NCBI GenBank assembly: GCA_030668875.1
Contig: DAOVER010000047.1
Location: 1-22,001, forward strand
DNA: 22,001 nt
Reading direction: 5' to 3'
Source of the DNA: Candidatus Heimdallarchaeota archaeon
GTDB lineage: Archaea > Asgardarchaeota > Heimdallarchaeia > Heimdallarchaeales > Heimdallarchaeaceae
The notes beneath the pieces were generated by a model. That model was not told the DNA's origin. It saw nothing but the letters and a program-made list of their open reading frames with translations, and searched no databases. The position numbers and the translations under genes are program-made. Shown piece after piece: positions 1 through 6,462 of the stretch (positions are counted from its first letter, which is position 1; every line of letters begins with the position of its first letter).

Positions 1-202
1 GAGCAGGAAGGACGTGGTAACATTCTTCGTGCTTTAGAAGTGTATCCAAATGATTGTAGAAGAGGAGTTTATTTTGGTTCTTCAATGAACCTTTTATCAG
101 AAAATTTGCTCGATTGTAGAGATTCTTAACTTGATGACAAATCTTGCTCAAATTGGGGTGATAGTCTAGTTCTATACACTCCACACGCAGGACCTTAGTC
201 AT
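1..202 (-). CDS. tnpB: TnpB (IS200/IS605-family RNA-guided nuclease), N-terminal 67 codons, truncated by the window edge; not in the ORF track
   Basis: Manual translation from ATG at 202: MTKVLRVECIELDYHPNLSKICHQVKNLYNRANFLIKGSLKNQNKLLFYNHLDTLLKHEECYHVLPA. The frame is open to base 1. The C(H)xxKNLYNxAN...Y..L..LLK.E..Y..LPA pattern is the typical TnpB N-terminal region. Confidence 0.85.
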   Translation of the reverse strand, partial: MTKVLRVECIELDYHPNLSKICHQVKNLYNRANFLIKGSLKNQNKLLFYNHLDTLLKHEECYHVLPA

Positions 203-223
203 CGCTTATTTCACTCTATTTTC

Positions 224-230
224 ATATAAA
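224..230 (-). promoter_or_regulatory. Putative TATA box (TTTATAT) for a leaderless tnpB transcript
   Basis: Minus strand reads ggggttTTTATATgaaaatagagtgaaataagcgATG, placing the box about 25 nt upstream of the ATG. No clear BRE. Confidence 0.4.
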
Positions 231-360
231 AACCCCGGTAATATTCGTCTAAAGGCATCCCTGTAAACTGATTATTGGTGTGTTTAATATGACAAGATGA
301 CAAAAATATTTTATAGTTCTCACCCAATACCTCGATTGAAAGAGTATTTTTTAGATCAAA

Positions 361-1056
361 CTAATTCAAGCTACTTCTTTCACTTTCCAAAACAGGGATT
401 ATATCATTGATAACATCAAAAGTACAATTTTGCAGATACTCTTTAGATGTTCTCCAGAAATCATCAAACAAGGTTGAATGATAACCAAGTGCCTCATAAG
501 ATAAAGCTTGAATGAGTACCTCTAATTTATCAATGTAAGCAACAAATTTAGCTTCCTTTGAATCTTTATTTCTTAATTCTGCAAATGTGTTTTTCCAAGT
601 ATTTTTTACAGTTTCATCAAGAATTAATGATAGTAGTTCATTGCTAGCAGTTGTAAGAACTTGATTTTTAAATTCTGTATATTGATCTATTCCCAGCAGT
701 ATTTCCAGTTGTTTGTCAAAGTCTTGATATTGACATTCTGGTAAATCATGAATTATTGCAATCCGCATAACATTTTCAATTTTTAGTTGATCAGTTGGAT
801 AAAGAGCGTTATGAAGGTCACCCAACAGAAGAGAGAGCATAGCTGTATTATAAGAGTGATCAGCAACACTTTCAACATCGGACAAAGAAATGCCAACTCT
901 TATCCAACCTTGACGGGGTAAACGTTTAAGCTGGATAGAACTCTGTATAAATCCATAAATCATCTGGTATAGTTCGTCCACTTCACTCTTCTCTTTCAAT
1001 CTTGTCAGTAAAACCAGAGGTGAAAGAGTTATTAAAAACATCGATGGGGGTAACAA
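361..1056 (-). CDS. HD-domain phosphohydrolase, YfbR/HDDC2-like 5'-deoxynucleotidase (true start probably near 999 or 963)
   Basis: LKRLPRQGW, ESVADHS, HDLPE and a distal DKLE metal-binding motif. The first ~20 codons of the called ORF fall in the pyrimidine-rich terminator region of porB and are probably not translated. Confidence 0.85.
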   Translation of the reverse strand: MLPPSMFLITLSPLVLLTRLKEKSEVDELYQMIYGFIQSSIQLKRLPRQGWIRVGISLSDVESVADHSYNTAMLSLLLGDLHNALYPTDQLKIENVMRIAIIHDLPECQYQDFDKQLEILLGIDQYTEFKNQVLTTASNELLSLILDETVKNTWKNTFAELRNKDSKEAKFVAYIDKLEVLIQALSYEALGYHSTLFDDFWRTSKEYLQNCTFDVINDIIPVLESERSSLN

Positions 1057-1088
1057 GAAAGGGAAAAAGAGTAAAAAAAGAAAAAAAA
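1055..1088 (-). terminator. Oligo-U/pyrimidine tract terminator of the por operon
   Basis: 34-nt uninterrupted-looking A/G run on + apart from one T (T/C run on -), starting 5 nt after the porB stop. This is typical of archaeal intrinsic terminators. Confidence 0.6.
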
Positions 1089-1092
1089 TGCC

Positions 1093-1995
1093 TTACATGA
1101 ATTTTCTTATGAAATTCCATTGACGTTCTGTATCAGCTTCCAAAGATTTGAGCTGATCTTCGGTGATGGTTTTCAATCTTCCCTGTAGTTTTGTCCACTC
1201 TGTAACGTTTACTCGATTGGTTATATCCTCGTATTTCTTACTTGGTCGACTGATTTCTATCAAATTGGTTTCTCTGTCCCATTCGAATAATGGCCAGATA
1301 CCTGTCTTCACAGCAAGTTGAGCTATTTTCACTGTATCTGCTGAATCTGATTTCCAGTTTGGAGGACATGGTGCATCTATCTGTATAAGTTTAAAACCTG
1401 TCATAGAAACAGCTTTCTTAACCTTGGAAACTAAATCCTCAATATAACCAGAGCTAGCTGTAGCAACGTATCTAGCATTGTTCGCTATCATGATGAAAGG
1501 AACCATTTTTCTGGGAGTAGTATTACCATAGGGGGTTGTTGCAGTTTTTGCGCCAATCATTGTATCTCCACTACGTTGTCCGCCTGTGTTTCCATAGACA
1601 TTATTTGAGTAAATTATATGTAAAATGTCTTCTTGACGATCACAAGCACCAATTTCGGTAGCAATGCCGATATCAGCTCCTGAACCATCTCCACCCCATA
1701 TAACGATTTTAAGGTCGTCTTTTCCTTTCATTTTCATTGCACGCCTAACGCCAGAAGCAACCGCATCACTTGCTGCAAAAGCAGTATTAATTGTTGGAAC
1801 ATTAAAAGCAGCTCCTTTTCCTCCACCTTGATAAACACTTGCGCAGCTTGCTGGCACAATTAATATCACCTTATCAGCTATTGCACCAATCGCATGTCTG
1901 AAAGCAAGTGTAGAACCACATCCTGCACATGCAAAATGTCCTTTCAAGAGAGCTTTTTTAGGTATATTCAATAAATCTTTTTGAGTTACTTTCAT
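1093..1995 (-). CDS. porB: 2-oxoacid (pyruvate/ketoisovalerate):ferredoxin oxidoreductase beta subunit
   Basis: GHFACAGCG, PASC, the GGDG...N TPP-binding motif, NTGGQRS, TTPYG and APCP. Last gene of the gamma-delta-alpha-beta operon. Confidence 0.93.
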   Translation of the reverse strand: MKVTQKDLLNIPKKALLKGHFACAGCGSTLAFRHAIGAIADKVILIVPASCASVYQGGGKGAAFNVPTINTAFAASDAVASGVRRAMKMKGKDDLKIVIWGGDGSGADIGIATEIGACDRQEDILHIIYSNNVYGNTGGQRSGDTMIGAKTATTPYGNTTPRKMVPFIMIANNARYVATASSGYIEDLVSKVKKAVSMTGFKLIQIDAPCPPNWKSDSADTVKIAQLAVKTGIWPLFEWDRETNLIEISRPSKKYEDITNRVNVTEWTKLQGRLKTITEDQLKSLEADTERQWNFIRKFM

Positions 1996-3153
1996 TTACA
2001 TCTTACTCCTTAGTGCTTCCTTAGCAGCAGCAACAATTTTTGTATAAGGTACATCTTCTCCACCAAGCCCCATGATTCTTCCTTCAACTGATGTGTCTAC
2101 CTTATTTCTCTGTAGCACTGCTTCTATCTCAATTTGCAGTTGTCCAGCATGACCAAAACTTACTGATCGGTCTATCACAAGTAATTTGTGGTTCTTCTTA
2201 GCAAACTCAACAATATCTTCTTCAGGAAATGGTCTGAAAGTTCTAACTCTCATTTCATTGACACTTAATCCTTCTTCCTTTAGCTTATCTACAGCATCTT
2301 GAGCTTCATCAGCTATGGTTCCCATAGAAACTATTGTTAAGTCAGCTACATCGTCACCATATATTTCGATTAAACCATTTCCATGTGTTCTCCCGAAATA
2401 TTCTCCAAATTCTTTGTTCATATCAACAATCTTTTTCTTTGCTCGTTCCATTGCTTCCATCAAATCTGTTCTGTCTTTGATGAATTTCTCTGGATCTACT
2501 AGACCACCATAAATCCAAGGATTTTCTGTATCAACTTCTATAACAGGATCAGAATATTCTCCAACAAAGTTGAAAGAATCCTCAGCAGTTGGAAGTGCAA
2601 CTTGAGCAGTTGTATGGCTAATTACAAAACCATCTAAACAAGGCATATATGGCAAAGCAATGTTTTTGTCTTCTGATATTTTGAATCCTTGGAGTATGGT
2701 ATCGAAAACTTCCTGATTATTCTTTGTATATATTTGGATCCAACCAGCATCTCTGAATGCCATTGAATCTTGTAAATCTTGATAAATGGACCATCCTGGA
2801 GCTAAACAGCGGTTAACAACAGGCATTACAATTGGTAATCGCCCATATCCACTCCAGAAAACATTTTCCGCCATATATAACAATCCTTGAGAGGATGTCG
2901 CTGTGAAAGTTCGGACACCGCTCCATGCCGCTCCCATGCAACCAGCGAGAGCAGAATGTTCACTCTCAACAATAATAAATTCTGCATCTAACTTCCCTTC
3001 ATCAACATATTGACTAAGTTTTTCAATTATCGTTGTTTGGGGAGTTATAGGGTAAGCTGATATTACTTTTGGTTGTGCATAAAGTGCAGCAAATGCTGCT
3101 GCATCATTTCCGGTCATTGATTTTTTACTGTGTTTAACTACCATCTTATTCAT
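1996..3153 (-). CDS. porA: 2-oxoacid:ferredoxin oxidoreductase alpha subunit
   Basis: GNDAAA, AYPITPQT, VESEHSA, TATSSQGL and RTFRPFP. Its stop abuts the porB ATG. Confidence 0.95.
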   Translation of the reverse strand: MNKMVVKHSKKSMTGNDAAAFAALYAQPKVISAYPITPQTTIIEKLSQYVDEGKLDAEFIIVESEHSALAGCMGAAWSGVRTFTATSSQGLLYMAENVFWSGYGRLPIVMPVVNRCLAPGWSIYQDLQDSMAFRDAGWIQIYTKNNQEVFDTILQGFKISEDKNIALPYMPCLDGFVISHTTAQVALPTAEDSFNFVGEYSDPVIEVDTENPWIYGGLVDPEKFIKDRTDLMEAMERAKKKIVDMNKEFGEYFGRTHGNGLIEIYGDDVADLTIVSMGTIADEAQDAVDKLKEEGLSVNEMRVRTFRPFPEEDIVEFAKKNHKLLVIDRSVSFGHAGQLQIEIEAVLQRNKVDTSVEGRIMGLGGEDVPYTKIVAAAKEALRSKM

Positions 3154-3418
3154 CCTCTGAGACCATTGTTATTGCTTTACTTGGGCATTCATTAGCACAT
3201 ATACCGCATCCTTTGCAGTATTCATAATCAAATTTTATAATTTGATCTTTCTCTTTATCTGCTTGATAAATTGCATCATCAGGACAGAATTTCCAGCAGA
3301 TGTTACATTTTATACAGAGTTCTGGATCTACAACAGGTTTGTGTGTCCTCCAGTCTCCTGTTCTTCCAGCTGCTCCTTCAATTGGGAATAGTATAGGGGA
3401 ACTTGGGCCTTTTGTCAT
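3146..3418 (-). CDS. porD: 2-oxoacid:ferredoxin oxidoreductase delta subunit (2x[4Fe-4S])
   Basis: TGDWR..KP plus CIKCNICWKFCP and CKGCGICANECP. 8-bp overlap with porA. Confidence 0.95.
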   Translation of the reverse strand: MTKGPSSPILFPIEGAAGRTGDWRTHKPVVDPELCIKCNICWKFCPDDAIYQADKEKDQIIKFDYEYCKGCGICANECPSKAITMVSEDE

Positions 3419-3972
3419 GCAATTACCACCTTTGTTTCTTCATAAGCTCGCTTGGCTGCTGCAACATTTTTAGGAGCACGTTTTTCTCCCCAGAAACTAA
3501 TTATTGCTTTCTCGAGATTTTCTATACTAATAATGTCTGTTCCTTTAACAAAAGCACCAAGCATTGTCATATTCACCAAAGTAAAACCGCTTAAAACTAA
3601 TCCTAAGTCTTGTGAGATTCCTGTTGCATCTACATATGCAACTTTCCTTCCACTGTTCTTCAGGCTTTCAGGGATTTCTTTAGAGTTAACTATGATTACG
3701 CCGTCCTTATCTACCGTACTAATATCAATTCTGTCTAGAAGGCTTAAATCTAGTATCAAAGCATGATTAGCTTCATACACAGGACTATGTATTCTTATAG
3801 GCTTATTATCAAATCTGACATAAGCTTGGACAGCTGCTCCTCTTCTTTCAGAACCATATTTTGGTATAGCTTGAGCATAAAGTCCTTCATACATTATTGC
3901 AGCTTCAGCAAGAATCTTTGCGCCTGTTACCCCCCCGCTGCCTCCACGGCTTATTTGTATCACTTCTATCAT
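3415..3972 (-). CDS. porG: 2-oxoacid:ferredoxin oxidoreductase gamma subunit
   Basis: RGGSGGVTG, YGSERRGAAV and NMTMLGAF. ATGA overlap with porD. Confidence 0.93.
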   Translation of the reverse strand: MIEVIQISRGGSGGVTGAKILAEAAIMYEGLYAQAIPKYGSERRGAAVQAYVRFDNKPIRIHSPVYEANHALILDLSLLDRIDISTVDKDGVIIVNSKEIPESLKNSGRKVAYVDATGISQDLGLVLSGFTLVNMTMLGAFVKGTDIISIENLEKAIISFWGEKRAPKNVAAAKRAYEETKVVIA

Positions 3973-4015
3973 TTATTATAACCTAAACTAATTGTGATTC
4001 GAATATCTTTCAACT

Positions 4016-4023
4016 TTTTATAA
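4016..4023 (-). promoter_or_regulatory. Putative TATA box (TTATAAAA) of the por operon
   Basis: Consensus-like archaeal TATA box 44-51 nt upstream of the porG ATG at 3972. Confidence 0.45.
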
Positions 4024-4086
4024 TTGTTTAGGTGGCGCAGTTGTGCTACAAGAAAATATTCCATGATGTGACCTTATTCGGTCAAA

Positions 4087-4947
4087 TCACAATTTTAAAA
4101 CTTTTAGTAGAGTACTAATTCCCTCATAATTTTTGATTTTTAGTCCTTTCCCGCAAATTAAATTTATTGACTCTGATTCTATTTCAGTGAAAGGACCTAC
4201 TCGTGTTATAACATCGACGTTTGCATCATGTCTTCTCTTTAATCCAGATAAGCCAATGACAACATTAGGTCCCTTAAACTCTATAACATCTAATCCAGAA
4301 AATCCAGCTATCTCTTGAGGTGTAGAGATCACTAATTTTGTTATAGTTTCTTGTGTAGAATATTTTCGCAAAAATAGCGCGTTTATCTTGACTTCTGAAA
4401 CATTTTCAAATGTGGAGGAGAAAACTTTTATCAGGATTTTGTGTTTTTCATCTTTACTTGATGGCCAACAGGTTGATAATCCAATCTCAGGAAAGAACGA
4501 AATCATAATCTGTTCATTTAATGGTAAGAGTAAATAACTGTTAAAATCTGTTACTTTTTTGAAAGTTAGCAGAATCATGTAATGTAATGGTTTAGAGCTT
4601 ATTTTTGCTGTGTAAATTGTATATGATGTTTGATCATAGTCTTGAATCACAGAATCTATGCTTTTTTGAATTTTATTTTTGATTTTTGCTGTAGTATCAA
4701 ATTTCTTTGAAGGAGTAAATTGAAAGGCTTTTTGATAAACGTTGAAAAACATATTTTGTAATGATAAAGTCCAGGTTTTCCGTATTTTCGCTGAAGTTAT
4801 TTTTTTGTTTTTCAAATTTTTAAGAACCAATTTTTTAATTTCCTCTTCAGAAGATTTTTTGACTTTTTGAGTGGCATCGTGTATGATAGGTAGTAAATCT
4901 TGTTTGGTAAGATATTTTAGAAAAGTTTCCTTATTCATATTCACCAC
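4087..4947 (-). CDS. Hypothetical soluble alpha/beta protein, basic N-terminus (ATG start probably 4938)
   Basis: 286-codon ORF with a GGTGA-type RBS. No confident family; see findings. Confidence 0.75.
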   Translation of the reverse strand: MVNMNKETFLKYLTKQDLLPIIHDATQKVKKSSEEEIKKLVLKNLKNKKITSAKIRKTWTLSLQNMFFNVYQKAFQFTPSKKFDTTAKIKNKIQKSIDSVIQDYDQTSYTIYTAKISSKPLHYMILLTFKKVTDFNSYLLLPLNEQIMISFFPEIGLSTCWPSSKDEKHKILIKVFSSTFENVSEVKINALFLRKYSTQETITKLVISTPQEIAGFSGLDVIEFKGPNVVIGLSGLKRRHDANVDVITRVGPFTEIESESINLICGKGLKIKNYEGISTLLKVLKL

Positions 4948-5093
4948 TGAATTTTTTTTTCTGACACTCTCAAAGTTAGTGTTTTGTTGTTCTATACTCT
5001 TATGATTATTTAATATTATTATGATTGCCGAAGGAGAAAATGACAGAATATTCTAAATATTGAGATAAAATGAAAACAAAGTGGAGAATATTG

Positions 5094-5318
5094 TTAAATA
5101 ATTACTCCGATTTGTAGCAAAATGAGTTGTATCTCAAAAGCTGTAATTAAACTAGTTATAACTACAATTGAAAGAGTTAATTTCCAATTTCGCTTCTGAG
5201 ACATCTCTATGTAAAGAATAAACCAAATTACTGAGGCAACAGTCAAAATTGAGAATAGCACTAAGCAAAATATAAGCCAATTACCGGTTAGAACTCCGTT
5301 GTAAATTGTATAGACCAT
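5094..5318 (-). CDS. Two-TM small membrane protein, OST5/TMEM258-like oligosaccharyltransferase subunit
   Basis: 74 aa with two hydrophobic helices. WFILYIEMSQKRNWKLTLSIVVITSLITAFEIQLILLQIGVII matches the recalled TMEM258 pattern WFxxY..S.K..R....L.I....SL...F.....LL..G at the extreme C-terminus. Confidence 0.7.
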   Translation of the reverse strand: MVYTIYNGVLTGNWLIFCLVLFSILTVASVIWFILYIEMSQKRNWKLTLSIVVITSLITAFEIQLILLQIGVII

Positions 5319-5388
5319 TATTGTCCCTTCTTACTGATTGTAACGTTTGTTTCTTTATGCTTTAAAAAATTTTGTCATTTTGTTCAAT

Positions 5389-5787
5389 TTATTTAGGAAT
5401 GAAAAATTCCCCGTCAATTTTTCCTTTGATGTCTTTCTTTTTAAGATACATTGGAATAATTTTCTTAATACTCTCAACATCAAAACCAATTTCTTCAGCA
5501 AGATCAGTTACATTGAATTTTTCTCCAGAATCAAGAGCATGCTCGATTTTGTATTTAGGCGTATCCTCTAGTTTAAACTCTCCTTTTGTTTTTCCTTTAG
5601 CACCAGTTCGGTTTTTACCGCACTGCGGACAATCCCAGGTCGCCATTCTAGTAATGGTAACGTTACCTTGTTTATCGGGCATCGGGCTAACTATATTCCA
5701 TTCCTTTTTTGTAGGAACATCTGTTGGAAGCCATTCTTCTCCACAGTGTTTGCACTTTATTAGTTTCTTCTTTACCATAAATCTCAA
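5389..5787 (-). CDS. Zn-ribbon Cren7-like domain fused to a C-terminal winged-helix (PCI-like) domain (ATG start probably 5778)
   Basis: CKHC...KEWNIVSPMPDKQGNVTITRMATWDCPQCG, followed by FNVTDLAEEIGFDVESIKKII...IKGKIDG (HTH plus wing). Confidence 0.55.
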   Translation of the reverse strand: MRFMVKKKLIKCKHCGEEWLPTDVPTKKEWNIVSPMPDKQGNVTITRMATWDCPQCGKNRTGAKGKTKGEFKLEDTPKYKIEHALDSGEKFNVTDLAEEIGFDVESIKKIIPMYLKKKDIKGKIDGEFFIPK

Positions 5788-5859
5788 ATGTTGTTCCGTT
5801 AACTTGATTAAAATCTTTTCTATGAGTTATTAATCCAAAAGCTAATTTTATAAGCGGCC

Positions 5860-6423
5860 ATGTCAGTAAGAATCATAATAAAAGTGAATAACATGAAATG
5901 TTTAGCTTGTTGGGAAGATATACCAGAAGCTGCAAGAATATGTCATCATTGTGGTTCTGATCAAAAAGAGGTGAAGGATTTCTGTGTTTTAGCTCTGCTA
6001 AAGCAACAAAAAAGGAAGATTGTTGTTCCTGAAAAAACAGATGTTTTGAAGTATATTCTTGAAGTTGATCCTGAAGTAAAAAGCGAGATAACAATTACTG
6101 GTACTGCGGAACCTTTACCTACTTATCAACCTCAACAACCTTCTATAATGGGTGCTATTGCAGGTCAGAGATATAGTCCTCCTACTAAACCAATAAATCA
6201 ACCAGCTAATCAACAACCTTTACCTCAAAAACCTAAAGAGAAAACATTAGTATGTCCATCTTGTAAAGATGAGGTTCCATTTCGCAAATTTTGCAAATTA
6301 TGCGGTTATCAGTTGCAAAGAGATTGCCATAATTGTGGAACAGTGAATAGGATTAACGCTAAATTCTGTACGAAATGTGGATCTGCTCAGAAACCTTTGG
6401 AAATTGATGGAAAGAAAGAATAA
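5860..6423 (+). CDS. Zinc-ribbon / double-zinc-ribbon (DZR) protein with Pro/Gln-rich linker (ATG start probably 5893)
   Basis: Six CxxC pairs: CLAC/CHHC at the N-terminus and CPSC/CKLC/CHNC/CTKC at the C-terminus. QPQQP...QPLPQKP linker. Confidence 0.8.
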   Translation: MSVRIIIKVNNMKCLACWEDIPEAARICHHCGSDQKEVKDFCVLALLKQQKRKIVVPEKTDVLKYILEVDPEVKSEITITGTAEPLPTYQPQQPSIMGAIAGQRYSPPTKPINQPANQQPLPQKPKEKTLVCPSCKDEVPFRKFCKLCGYQLQRDCHNCGTVNRINAKFCTKCGSAQKPLEIDGKKE

Positions 6424-6462
6424 ACATAGAACTATTTTTCTTTTCTAGAAAAAATTCCACGT

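Larger units (their letters stand above)
1..360 (-). mobile_element. IS200/IS605-family element, left part; no room for tnpA upstream
   Basis: The tnpB start at 202 is only 158 nt from the HD gene stop at 361, so this copy is tnpB-only. The exact left end was not determined. Confidence 0.6.

Noticed and set aside
52-120. GATTGTAGA repeated at 52-60 and 112-120, initially suggestive of a CRISPR-like repeat
   Set aside because: Only two 9-mers, both explained by the xYN codons (LYN, FYN) of the tnpB N-terminus on the minus strand.
326-348. Imperfect hairpin AATAC-CTC/GAG-TATT as the IS left-end structure
   Set aside because: Only 7 bp with a bulge and AT-rich. It could be the HD gene terminator or chance, and cannot be assigned without other copies.
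3146-3418. Possible selenocysteine readthrough of TGA stops in the redox operon (porG, porD)
   Set aside because: Both proteins are complete at their stops, all Fe-S Cys ligands are present, the stops overlap downstream starts, and no SECIS-like hairpin was recognised.
5040-5063. AGGAG followed by a micro-ORF MTEYSKY on the + strand
   Set aside because: Seven codons only. The purine run is better explained as the complement of a T/C-rich terminator of the minus-strand gene at 5094-5318.
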